Assembly (NCBI GenBank): GCA_964434195.1
Contig: CAYSUI010000009.1
Span: forward strand, 1 to 50,068
Direction of reading: 5' to 3'
DNA from: an uncultured Candidatus Saccharibacteria bacterium
Lineage (GTDB): Bacteria > Patescibacteriota > Doudnabacteria > UBA920
DNA: 50,068 bases
The position numbers were made by a program, and so were the translations under genes. This document shows positions 38,685-47,136 of this stretch, piece by piece. The stretch's first letter is position 1; each line of letters starts with the position of its first letter. Under the pieces are notes generated by a model that worked only from the letters and a program-made list of their open reading frames with translations, did not search any database and had not been told where the DNA came from.

Positions 38685-38875
38685 GGACCCAGGGTTACCA
38701 AATATTAAATATATTCCATACCCCCCGCTTAGAACATAGAAGACGAGGGCAGAGGTTACTTTTTTCGAGATACTTTTATTTATTTACTCTTGCGTCTCCT
38801 GGGTAGATATTGTTTCCATACTTTAATATTAGCCATCTTAGCTCCCCTTGCGAGAGTTGCTTTTGTTGGCATTAC

Positions 38876-39280
38876 CTATAATTGCTGTTTGAATAAGGTT
38901 TTTTTGGTCGCAAAATATATTGCGGTCGAAGCAACGACTGCAAAGATTGTACCTTTTATAATATACCAATCACTTTGCCTCTCTTCGATCTGATTCCATG
39001 CACTTGTTATGGCAAAGACCAAAGTCAAGACAATGAGAACTTTTTTAAATGTATTAATATTTACAACTAACTTCTCCCCTATTACTGCAAATCCAATAAG
39101 AAATAGACCTATAAATATTTCCGTTAACGTATAAAGAACGAAGGCGATTGACAGTACTCCCCCTATAGCGACTCCTGGGTTGTCTCGGAAAATAATATAA
39201 GCCAATCTAATAGTGTCGTAACTATCATATAGGAGGTAAGATGCGATTACAATGCAAAAAATTTTTAGTAGGTATTTCAT
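38876..39280 (-). CDS. Membrane protein (134 aa, 4 TM)
   Basis: Hydrophobic helices; ATG start. Confidence 0.55.
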   Translation of the reverse strand: MKYLLKIFCIVIASYLLYDSYDTIRLAYIIFRDNPGVAIGGVLSIAFVLYTLTEIFIGLFLIGFAVIGEKLVVNINTFKKVLIVLTLVFAITSAWNQIEERQSDWYIIKGTIFAVVASTAIYFATKKTLFKQQL

Positions 39281-39361
39281 CTTCTATCTTTATTTAATTA
39301 CTACCATTATACACCCAAGCTAATATGGCGATTTTTGGTAATGCTAAACGCGCGCTAATTT

Positions 39362-39512
39362 TTATGCAGGGATGGGACGTATAGCTTTAGTGCTCACCGA
39401 AGAGGGACTTGTTAGCAGCAGGCGTGAGTGGTGGGATGGTATTAGAAATCCCACAAAGCTCCTCTTGCGAGGGTGACCTTAGTTTAAAGGATCATGTCCC
39501 TTTTGTTTTTTG
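39362..39512 (+). repeat. S-family repeat copy S3 (contains a 34-codon ATG ORF at 39372..39476) ending in a T hairpin
   Basis: ttatgcagggatgggacgtatagctttagtgctcaccgaagagggacttgttagcagcaggcgtgagtggtgggatggtattagaaatcccacaaagctcctcttgcgagggtgacc...aaaggatcatgtcccttttgtttttt. Confidence 0.85.
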
Positions 39513-39534
39513 ACTTTGGAATATTTTCGATTTC

Positions 39535-40437
39535 TTGCGATACTATGAGAGATTTAATTTTAAGAAATTTATGAGCGGAAATTCTGAATTTAATACCTTC
39601 ATGGGAGAAGTGCAACCAAAACCAAAATTAGGTGCAATCGAGTTACTAGAAGAATTAGATAAAAAAGAGAGCGAGGAAGCGCTTTCCATAGAGTACTCAC
39701 TTATCGAAAGCGTTAGAGAATTAAATGAAACTTATAGCACTTATGCAGATCAACTCAATTCGATAAGAAGAGAATTGGGGCTTGAAAATATAGATTTTAA
39801 ACCTGAGGACTATCGTTTAATAAAACCTACGGTTTACGACACCAGTCCATTCTTAACTAAATATGGTAAAGCAGGTGCATTTCATGATCCTATAACCGGA
39901 GTGATTTTTTTACGCTTTGACCTAGAAGCATATGGGTCGGCCGATGGAAACAAGGCCTATTACCATTATGTGGTGGGTCACGAAACCACGCATAAAAGTA
40001 TGGCGGGGTATGGGATTGGAAGATATTCAGAAGATTTAAATGAAGGAATGACGGAAGTAATAAATAGACAGATCTTTCATGACACCATAATACCCAGACT
40101 GAGACTGGGAAAACAAAGTCATGAGAATGACGAGTATATTAGAAGGTACGAACCAACTGTTGATGGAATTAAAATTCGAGAAGATGATATTTTATATTCG
40201 GATGAAGATGTAGATACTCTTGTGTATACAAGGGTAAGGGAGACCCGACTTATCGAAATGATTAAAGCTTTGTCCCCTGAGTGTTATGAACAACTTTTAT
40301 CTGCATGCTTTCGGGGAGAAGATGAAGAAGCTCGCGAGATAATATCTAAATATATGGGAGAAGATTGGGCAAAAAAATTTGGCAACCGTAGATTTAGCGT
40401 GCTCGATTTATATAGAGAATTAGAAAAGATAAGCTGA
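39535..40437 (+). CDS. Hypothetical protein with an HExxH metallopeptidase-like motif (start may be ATG 39571)
   Basis: YVVGHETTHKS with downstream NEGMTE; TGA stop. Confidence 0.55.
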   Translation: MRYYERFNFKKFMSGNSEFNTFMGEVQPKPKLGAIELLEELDKKESEEALSIEYSLIESVRELNETYSTYADQLNSIRRELGLENIDFKPEDYRLIKPTVYDTSPFLTKYGKAGAFHDPITGVIFLRFDLEAYGSADGNKAYYHYVVGHETTHKSMAGYGIGRYSEDLNEGMTEVINRQIFHDTIIPRLRLGKQSHENDEYIRRYEPTVDGIKIREDDILYSDEDVDTLVYTRVRETRLIEMIKALSPECYEQLLSACFRGEDEEAREIISKYMGEDWAKKFGNRRFSVLDLYRELEKIS

Positions 40438-40449
40438 TCCGAGAAAGGC

Positions 40450-40641
40450 AAAAGGGAGATTATACTTTGTTTTACCATTCCCCTGCGAAGCTGATCTTCG
40501 GTTATAGTTTTAGCAAAAACAAAAGAGGGACTTGTTAGCAGTAGGCGTGAGTGGTGGGATGGTATTAGAAATTCCACAAAGCTCCCCTTGCGAAGATGAC
40601 CTGGGTTTAAAAAACAAAGGGTCATGTCCCCTTTGTTTTTC
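40450..40641 (+). repeat. S-family repeat copy S4 ending in a T hairpin
   Basis: aaaagggagattatactttgttttaccattcccctgcgaag...aaaagagggacttgttagcagtaggcgtgagtggtgggatggtattagaaattccacaaagctccccttgcgaagatgacc...caaagggtcatgtcccctttgttttt. Confidence 0.85.
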
Positions 40642-40710
40642 TTACAGAATTCGAAATGTGAAGATGCAGAATAATGTCTTTTTTCTCTTGATTTTTTTAC
40701 AATATAAATT

Positions 40711-41223
40711 TCAGTGCGTTAGAAATGGAGATACAATTTCATGGACTCGTTCCATGGTAATACCATGATGTTGTTCTCGGGCTAATGGATGATCTGTGTG
40801 TTCGAGTTCAATTTTAGGTCGCGAACCACGCTCTTGCTGATGAACGTGGGTTTTTAAATCTAATGTTTCTGGGTAACCGTCGATGCTATTGGATAGCCAA
40901 CCGAAATAGGGTGGTTCTTCTGCTCTATGATCTGATTCCCACGTATCCACATAACGATTGAAGTTTTTTTCGTTTAAAGAAACCCAGACACCGTAACTGA
41001 ACTTTTCTTCTGAATTAATTATGGGAATCTCTAAAACACCACGTATAAAGAAGTGTCCGTTCCTTAAAATATATACGTCGGATGTTAACGTCTTTTCTGA
41101 TTCTATATCTTCTGGATCGTAATATAGAGGTTTATCGTAACCAATTGCTAATGGAAATTCATCGTGATATTTATCACAAGTACTGCAAGTAAAACCCATG
41201 AAATTTGATATTAATAGCACCAC
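40711..41223 (-). CDS. DUF2199 family protein (likely start ATG 41199, MGFTCSTC)
   Basis: CSTC...FSYGVWVSL...YFGWLSN...HPLAREQHHGIT pattern. Confidence 0.6.
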   Translation of the reverse strand: MVLLISNFMGFTCSTCDKYHDEFPLAIGYDKPLYYDPEDIESEKTLTSDVYILRNGHFFIRGVLEIPIINSEEKFSYGVWVSLNEKNFNRYVDTWESDHRAEEPPYFGWLSNSIDGYPETLDLKTHVHQQERGSRPKIELEHTDHPLAREQHHGITMERVHEIVSPFLTH

Positions 41224-41232
41224 TATCTTATC

Positions 41233-41449
41233 AAAAAGGATGAGCGGTGGCTAATTCATTTTCGATTATTTGGGAATGAAATAAAAAAAGGTTCCTGACC
41301 CCTTTTGTATTCTTTATAGACAAAGAAAGTCCCCTACCCTTACAATGGGCTCCGGTTCAGGAACCAGGAAGACCAGGTGGTTTGCTTGAGAGAGAAGTGA
41401 TTGCGTTTAAAAAGATATAAAAACAAAGGGTCATGTCCCCTTTGTTTTT
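41233..41449 (+). repeat. Degenerate S-family copy S5 ending in a T hairpin
   Basis: aaaaaggatgagcggtggctaattc resembles the S core gtgagcggtgggatggtattag; ends caaagggtcatgtcccctttgtttttt followed by ccatgcag. Confidence 0.4.
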
Positions 41450-41463
41450 TCCATGCAGTTTCT

Positions 41464-42015
41464 TCAAGGAGAAATGCCTGTATTACCTTCAATCAGATTT
41501 ATTATGTAGTCAAGCTCAGGGATTCGCAACCGCTGCTCTTCTAATAATTCTTTGGTAAAAAGTTTCTCGTATTCTCTTGCTTCTGATCTTTTCTCTTTTT
41601 TTATATGGATTGATTCAAACTCTGACTTGCACCACTTAGATTTTTTTTCTGTGAATGATTTTCCACCATTCAGGATGGACAGCAATAACGCTTCTAAACA
41701 TGGAGTATTTTCAATAATAATAATACCTCTTTTACGGGCCTCATCTCTGGCTTCCTGCATCTCCTTCTCTGATTTATCGTTATCAACGAAAACCACTTTA
41801 CTATCGAATGCTCCAGGTCTTTTTTGAGCATCCAATACCACGTTTCTAGGAGTACCACCCTTACCTTTACCGATAGTCACGACTACATCACTATTAAAAG
41901 CGTAGAGACCTTTCAATCTTTTTAAAAACATCTCCTCACCAAGCCCCTCGCCAAATACGAGCAATGTTTTCTTTGCAGATCGTGGTTTTTGTTTATATGG
42001 ATCGTTTTGCGACAT
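41464..42015 (-). CDS. RloB-like (TOPRIM/OLD-nuclease-related) protein, partner of the upstream ATPase
   Basis: LLVFGEGLGEEMFLK N-terminus and VVFVDNDKSE...GIIIIENTPCLEALLLSIL, matching the RloB pattern (EGxxE ... D-x-D ... SNPCFElWlL). ATG lies 2 nt after the ATPase stop. Confidence 0.65.
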   Translation of the reverse strand: MSQNDPYKQKPRSAKKTLLVFGEGLGEEMFLKRLKGLYAFNSDVVVTIGKGKGGTPRNVVLDAQKRPGAFDSKVVFVDNDKSEKEMQEARDEARKRGIIIIENTPCLEALLLSILNGGKSFTEKKSKWCKSEFESIHIKKEKRSEAREYEKLFTKELLEEQRLRIPELDYIINLIEGNTGISP

Positions 42016-42017
42016 AT

Positions 42018-43226
42018 TTATAATTTTGGCACCGCACCGTAAGCACCAGCAATATATTTTGTATAATAATTATCATCTGCCCTGACCCCACTCATCTCAT
42101 CTAGTCGCCAAGCTTCACTGACCCCCTTTTCATTCTTTTCTATTAGAATGATCTGGTATTTATCCAATTTACTTAAAACCCTGTGGCTGTGAGTACTAAA
42201 TAAAATTTGAGCATTTTTCGGATTTGTATTTGGCTCCAAAAACAATTCAAATAGACTCATTACCATATCAGGGTGCAAGTTTACATCAAATTCATCTATA
42301 ACTGCGGTACCACCATTCAGCAAAACCTGGAGAATAGTCTTCAGTAACACAAATAACTGTTTAGTGCCTGAGGATTCGTACTGAATAGGTAGGTACCCTT
42401 TATGGCCGTCGAAAGAATGGACTACTTGTACATTTATAGAAAGATCATTTGCTTTCTTCTCTTTAAGGATATTAAACGCTTCCAGGCCAAGATCAAAACG
42501 AGACAATAACTTCTCGGCCTCCTTCTTTATTTGTTCATTGTCGCTGTAAAAGTCTAAAGCTTCGATCAATTGCTGTCCTGCATTGGGCAACAAATGATCC
42601 CCTGCCCATCCCGCCTCTACAACATTTGTCTCCAGGTGATTCCAAAAATTTGCTATTTCCTTACTTTCTCCATGATTTAGTCGTATCGCGATACTCACTA
42701 TACTTGCATTTGTACGAAGTAAACCTTCAAAACCTTTTGGTAAATCAAAGTTTTTTTCATCTAAGATGTACACTTTATTTTCTTCATCCCAAGTCCGTAC
42801 GAATAGTTTTTTACTTGAATAGTTTTCTTTAATCTTGCTTTTTAAGATCAATTCTTCTGATACAATCTTGGAAGCATTTAAAATAAAATTATACGTGTAT
42901 ATCTTCTCTTGGATTTCAAATGTGACACCAAGCTCAGAATTACTATCTTTATATCCATCAAACATACAAGGACGTAAAGGCAACCTAGCTGCAGGATCAC
43001 TATTAAATGAATCAATTATCAACCATTTTAATAGGGGCAAGACTTTTAAAAGATTAGTCTTCCCCGACGCGTTGGATCCTATTACTGTCTCAATCTTTGA
43101 TAGTCGTGCACCCGACAATGATGAAAAATAACCGTGATTATCCGGTGCGTTGTCATTTACCACGAAACTCACGTTCGCGTCTTCCCCAAAGGAGTAGAAA
43201 TTTTTACAATTGAAAGAATGGATCAT
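42018..43226 (-). CDS. AAA_21/ABC-type ATPase of the OLD/AbiLi/AriA class
   Basis: Walker A GSNASGKT, signature-like ESSGTKQLF, Walker B VIDEFDVNLHP, H-loop FSTHS, C-terminal AYGAVP. Confidence 0.8.
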   Translation of the reverse strand: MIHSFNCKNFYSFGEDANVSFVVNDNAPDNHGYFSSLSGARLSKIETVIGSNASGKTNLLKVLPLLKWLIIDSFNSDPAARLPLRPCMFDGYKDSNSELGVTFEIQEKIYTYNFILNASKIVSEELILKSKIKENYSSKKLFVRTWDEENKVYILDEKNFDLPKGFEGLLRTNASIVSIAIRLNHGESKEIANFWNHLETNVVEAGWAGDHLLPNAGQQLIEALDFYSDNEQIKKEAEKLLSRFDLGLEAFNILKEKKANDLSINVQVVHSFDGHKGYLPIQYESSGTKQLFVLLKTILQVLLNGGTAVIDEFDVNLHPDMVMSLFELFLEPNTNPKNAQILFSTHSHRVLSKLDKYQIILIEKNEKGVSEAWRLDEMSGVRADDNYYTKYIAGAYGAVPKL

Positions 43227-43576
43227 ATTTGATAATTAATCTTTGTCTAATAATATTATAATATGACTATTATTAAATTTCAATGATTTAAACAAAATTA
43301 TGTTAAAATTGGCTAAATATTGCTTATTTTTACCCAATTTTAAGCAGTTTTTAAATGTGTTAAAAATGGTTTCTAAGCAAATAAAAAGCCTCAATTTGTG
43401 CCATTAGAAAACAAGTCACCCCCTGCCAAATAGGGGGAGTGATTTATTTTAACTGTTTCTATTCTGATGTAACAGCATTTCTACTGCAAGATTTAAATAA
43501 CCAGCTTGGGTGATTTGGTCGCTGCTTACAAAGTAGATTTCGTAGACGTTTTTGACTCCATTTTCAAACCACATAT

Positions 43577-43612
43577 AGAAAAAACAGGAGCCGGCTTTGC
43601 CGGTCCTGTTTT
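43577..43612 (-). terminator. Terminator of the RND efflux operon
   Basis: aacaggagccgg-ctttg-ccggtcctgtt, with T runs on both strands. Confidence 0.6.
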
Positions 43613-43669
43613 TAACTTACCTGAAAGGGATTGGTGGTCATGGCGGAAGGGAAGCCCTACCGCCATATA

Positions 43670-46600
43670 TTAAAACCTATCATCCTCCCTAATAAACGTA
43701 AGGAAGAGAATTGGAATAACAAACAGTGTCAGGAATGAGGAGAGGAAGAGGCCGAAGATAACGGCACTGCCTAGACCTCGCCAGAATGCGTCGCTGATTG
43801 TTATAGGGACAATACCGAGAATGGTGCTTACGGAAGTTATGAAGATAGCTTCAAATCTTGCTTTACCTGCATCTATAACTGCTTCGTAAAATGGAATACC
43901 ACTGCTGATGTTTAGGTTAATTTTATCTACTAAGATAATTGCGTTTTTAACCACAATTCCGAAGAGGGCTAAGATACCTATGAGCCCCGGGAATCCGAGA
44001 GGCATATTGAATATAGCTAGACCTAAGAAGACACCAATAAGTGCGAGTGGAATAGTCATGAGCACAATGAGTGACTTACGGAAACTATTAAACTGAACGA
44101 TCATCGTTGCCACAATGAGCACCATAGCTACCACCATAGCCTGAATAATTGAGATAACCGATTTCTGATTTTCTTCGTTCTGGCCACCGAATTTTATTTC
44201 GTAACCTGCTGGCAGATTGTAATCCTTGGTTTTCTCTCTAAAAGCGGCAAGAATGCTGGTAGAGTTTGCTTCTCCGCTCGCATCTGCTTTTAAAGTAACG
44301 GTTCGTTTTTGATCGATACGACTTATAGAATCTACCGAAGGGCGTAATTCAATAGTTGCAACATCTTTTAGATAGACCGGTTGCTTTCTAAGATTGAGTA
44401 TCTGTAGGTTTTGAATACTCTCTAGGGTTGGAATTTGGTTGGAACCAAAGTTGGCGTTAATTTTTATCTCCTCCCCTTCTTCTAGAATGGTAGACACTTC
44501 TGTCCCAGAGATTGCCATACGCAATACACTTCCAACATAGGCTGCGTTTAAATTATTTTGTTCAAGCTTTACAGGATCCAGAACAAATGTAAATTCTGGA
44601 GCGGAATCTTTGAGTGAAATATCTATGTTTACGGCACCAGGAATTTCTTTTAGTTTGCTTTCGTAATCGCGCACTATACGATCTAAGGTCTTTAGGTCCT
44701 CACCAGAAATTTGTGCCTCGAAAGCAGCTCCGGTAGGAGGACCACCTGCTTGGGCAGAAACTGAAATTACCGCTCCGCTAATTTCCGATAATTTATTTCT
44801 GAATACACTTTCTAACTCATACGATTCAGCACTTCTCTTATCTCTATCTACTAAGGTAACGTTTACCGAAGCTGTATTACTTGAAGCACGACCTCCTTGA
44901 TTGGCCGCACTTGGTGACCCTGTTGAACTGGTAAAGTTTGCAATTTCCTTGAAATTGACAAGCTTTGTTTCTACTTCTTTAACTACTTTGTCGGTTTCTT
45001 CTAGGGTTGTACCAACTGGTGTTCTAATATCTATGAATACATAGTCAGAATCTTGCTTGGGGAAGAATTCGCTTCTAACTATTCCTGTAACTGGCATTAG
45101 CACAGCAATAACGAAAGCGGCAGAAACGATACCAAGCGTAATTCTTCGATTTCTTCGATTGACTGTAACTTTCCTTAGTGCTCTCTCGTAAGGGATTAGG
45201 AATCGGTCAAAATGAATGACTCCATGCATTAACCGTGTAAAGAAACTCTCGTTAGAACGAGAATTACCTTGAGCAACTAACTTAGCCTTAATTAACGCTT
45301 CATCTTTCCATTCTGCTTTTACCAGTCGAGCGTTTTCGATTAGCTTTTCCCTACCGCCGGATTCATACCATCCTAGCATTCTAATTAGAATAGCCACTAA
45401 GACAGCACCGAGAATGAAACTAATAAACCCACCACTCATGAATAAATAACCTGCGACACCTAGCAAGAGCAGCTCTACTATAAAGAAGAATTTCTTAGTG
45501 AGTCTGATTCTCTCCAAAACTGCTGCCAAAGGGTGGTTTATCATGAGAGCGACAAACAAACTAGAAATTAACGTGATGGTTATAGTAATTGGAATAGATT
45601 TTAGATACTCGCCAATAATACCTGTAGAGAACAACAACGGTAAGAATGCCCAGACTGTTGTGAGAGTTGTTGTTGTTAATACTACTTTGAAATCGTTTAG
45701 AACCAATAGCACTGCTTCTTCTGGAGTGAACTTACCGCTCTTTAAATACTGCTTGGTTGCGGACACAACCACAATAGCATCGTCCACCAACAGACCGAGA
45801 GCAAGTATTAAAGAGAATGTCGTAAGAAAGTTGAGCGAGACACCAATTAGATTCAGAACAGTAAACGTAGAGAAGAATACCAACGGAATAGCCAGACCGG
45901 CGACAAAAGCTTCTTTAAGACCTACGATTAAAAACAATAAAGCAAAGACTAGAAGAATGGTTGTAATAAAGTCGTGACCGAGCTGATTAAAATCATCCCT
46001 GACTATTTTTGCGAAATCGTTAGTTATATCGTAATGGATACCTGCGGGCATTGTTTTTACCAATCTATCCGCGGTGGCTTTTGCTTGGTCGGCTGTATCT
46101 AGAATGGAACTACCAGTACGTTTGATTATCGAGAGGGTTACTGCATTTTGTGGTTTTGAACCCTTAATGGATAACCTAGAGAAGGATGTTTTTTTAATTG
46201 CCCTTTCTGTTACCTGAGCGATATCTTTAACATAGACAACTGAGCCAGTATCGTTATGACTTACTGGAATATTACCTATAGCTTCTTTTGTGTATACCCT
46301 TGAATCTGTTCTCACAGAGTACACAAATTTTTCACCGTCAAAGTTACCTGCTGGAAATGCTAAATTGGTAGCTCTAATTGCATTATTAGCCTGGTCTGAG
46401 GATACGTTGTAGTAAACAAGCTTGCTTGGATCGTAGGATACTTCGAACTCTTTTTCATCGCCACCAGACAATCTTACTTCACGGACTCCAGGTATTTTTT
46501 CTAACTCATCTTTTACGTCTTCACCTGCTTGGCGCATGGTAAAGCCGTCGTATGGCCCTGTTAGAACCATGGTCCAAATTGGTTGGTCGTCTAGAGAGAT

Positions 46601-47062
46601 TTCTTGTACAACTGGTTCTTTAGCATCTTCAGGAAGGTCTGGTTTTACGCTATCGACCTTGTCTTTTAATCTTCTTACTGCGTCTTCAATGTTTTCATCC
46701 GAATTAAATTCTACAGTTAATACAGATACAGAGTTTGAGGAATTAGAAGAAACTTTATCCAGCCCTTTTAAGCCTGCAATTTTAGCTTCGAGTTTTTTTG
46801 TTACTAACTCTTCGATATCTGAGGGACTTGCTCCAGGGTATGCGACACTAACAATTGCGATAGGAATTTTTACCTCGGGATTAGATTCTCTTGGGAGTTT
46901 AATAAAGGAGTAAATACCCGCTGTACTTACAAGTACAATGAGTAATAGGACGACTCGAAAATTTACCACGAAAAAATTGAGCCAACTTTTTTTAAGTTCT
47001 GGTTTAAATTCGAGCTGATCGAGATAACGCTCGTCTGATGTTTTTGGTTGTTGTTCGTTCAT
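43670..47062 (-). CDS. RND family efflux transporter permease (AcrB/AcrD/AcrF-like)
   Basis: 1130 aa, two 6-TM bundles with large loops, N-terminal FVVNFRVVLLLIVL...; typical AcrB_AcrD_AcrF architecture. Confidence 0.9.
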   Translation of the reverse strand: MNEQQPKTSDERYLDQLEFKPELKKSWLNFFVVNFRVVLLLIVLVSTAGIYSFIKLPRESNPEVKIPIAIVSVAYPGASPSDIEELVTKKLEAKIAGLKGLDKVSSNSSNSVSVLTVEFNSDENIEDAVRRLKDKVDSVKPDLPEDAKEPVVQEISLDDQPIWTMVLTGPYDGFTMRQAGEDVKDELEKIPGVREVRLSGGDEKEFEVSYDPSKLVYYNVSSDQANNAIRATNLAFPAGNFDGEKFVYSVRTDSRVYTKEAIGNIPVSHNDTGSVVYVKDIAQVTERAIKKTSFSRLSIKGSKPQNAVTLSIIKRTGSSILDTADQAKATADRLVKTMPAGIHYDITNDFAKIVRDDFNQLGHDFITTILLVFALLFLIVGLKEAFVAGLAIPLVFFSTFTVLNLIGVSLNFLTTFSLILALGLLVDDAIVVVSATKQYLKSGKFTPEEAVLLVLNDFKVVLTTTTLTTVWAFLPLLFSTGIIGEYLKSIPITITITLISSLFVALMINHPLAAVLERIRLTKKFFFIVELLLLGVAGYLFMSGGFISFILGAVLVAILIRMLGWYESGGREKLIENARLVKAEWKDEALIKAKLVAQGNSRSNESFFTRLMHGVIHFDRFLIPYERALRKVTVNRRNRRITLGIVSAAFVIAVLMPVTGIVRSEFFPKQDSDYVFIDIRTPVGTTLEETDKVVKEVETKLVNFKEIANFTSSTGSPSAANQGGRASSNTASVNVTLVDRDKRSAESYELESVFRNKLSEISGAVISVSAQAGGPPTGAAFEAQISGEDLKTLDRIVRDYESKLKEIPGAVNIDISLKDSAPEFTFVLDPVKLEQNNLNAAYVGSVLRMAISGTEVSTILEEGEEIKINANFGSNQIPTLESIQNLQILNLRKQPVYLKDVATIELRPSVDSISRIDQKRTVTLKADASGEANSTSILAAFREKTKDYNLPAGYEIKFGGQNEENQKSVISIIQAMVVAMVLIVATMIVQFNSFRKSLIVLMTIPLALIGVFLGLAIFNMPLGFPGLIGILALFGIVVKNAIILVDKINLNISSGIPFYEAVIDAGKARFEAIFITSVSTILGIVPITISDAFWRGLGSAVIFGLFLSSFLTLFVIPILFLTFIREDDRF

Positions 47063-47136
47063 AGATATTCAAGTTGCAGGTTACAAGTGGTAAGTAACAA
47101 GTTGTGATTCACTTGGTACTTTATACTTGATACTTG

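Noticed and set aside
43449-43574. 41-aa minus-strand ORF (MWFENGVKNVYEIYFVSSDQ...) flanked by hairpins at 43417-43443 and 43583-43610
   Set aside because: It has no SD and no motif. The flanking hairpins are explained as the terminator of the RND operon and a local stem.
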